64,000 nucleotides of DNA from Oxalobacter sp. (GTDB lineage: Bacteria > Pseudomonadota > Gammaproteobacteria > Burkholderiales > Burkholderiaceae_D), in NCBI GenBank assembly GCA_017524145.1, contig JAFWUI010000014.1:9176-73175 (forward strand), read 5' to 3'. The notes beneath the pieces are model-generated. The model was not told where the DNA came from. It ran no database searches and was given only the letters and a program-made list of their open reading frames with translations. How positions within the stretch are numbered: position 1 is the stretch's first letter; the number at the start of each line of letters is the position of its first letter. Position numbers and translations under genes: made by a program. Positions 62,706 through 64,000 of the stretch are shown piece by piece.

Positions 62706-63908
<1,203 letters not shown>

Positions 63909-63944
63909 CGGCTGTCAGCATCTGTAGAAGTTAGAGAGGAACAA

Positions 63945-64000
63945 ATGGCTTCAGTCATCCAGAAAGCAAAACGGATCATCATCAAAGTCGGCTCTTCCTT
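63945..64000 (+). CDS. proB: Glutamate 5-kinase, N-terminal fragment (truncated by window edge)
   Basis: MASVIQKAKRIIIKVGSS after a GAGGA RBS; obgE-proB order is typical. Confidence 0.85.
   Translation, partial: MASVIQKAKRIIIKVGSS

Overview
Mostly core chromosome of an Oxalobacter-like betaproteobacterium (Oxalobacteraceae), judged from a stand-alone oxalyl-CoA decarboxylase gene (oxc), a 12-repeat secreted Sel1 protein and Burkholderiales-type gene blocks (kdsD-kdsC-lptCAB-rpoN-hpf, queG/tsaE-amiC, purM/hda-pcnB-folK-panB, rplU-rpmA-obgE-proB). There are about 60 CDS and four tRNAs: Pro-GGG, fMet-CAT, Arg-CCG and Arg-CCT. The main accessory feature is a ~4.8 kb element integrated at tRNA-Arg(CCG), about 43571-48391. 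It carries a P4-type integrase, an AT-rich orphan, AlpA, an HTH protein, a small winged-helix Rep-like protein followed by four palindromic iterons, a helical-repeat protein and a DUF5681/small-terminase-like protein. Paired TAGGACAT arm-type repeats sit at both ends, with a damaged att copy on the right. It looks like a very minimal phage satellite lacking primase, capsid and large terminase. Other points of interest are an orphan ThsB-like TIR gene behind a Nudix gene, an internally deleted AAA_14/DUF4143 ATPase pseudogene, an FNR/CRP-type palindrome at class II spacing upstream of oxc, tandem MgtC paralogs between ppx and ppk1, and unusual C-terminal tails on Ppk1 and L27. All calls come from reading motifs by eye, with no database searches. 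Several start codons were trimmed from the ORF track to more plausible starts.
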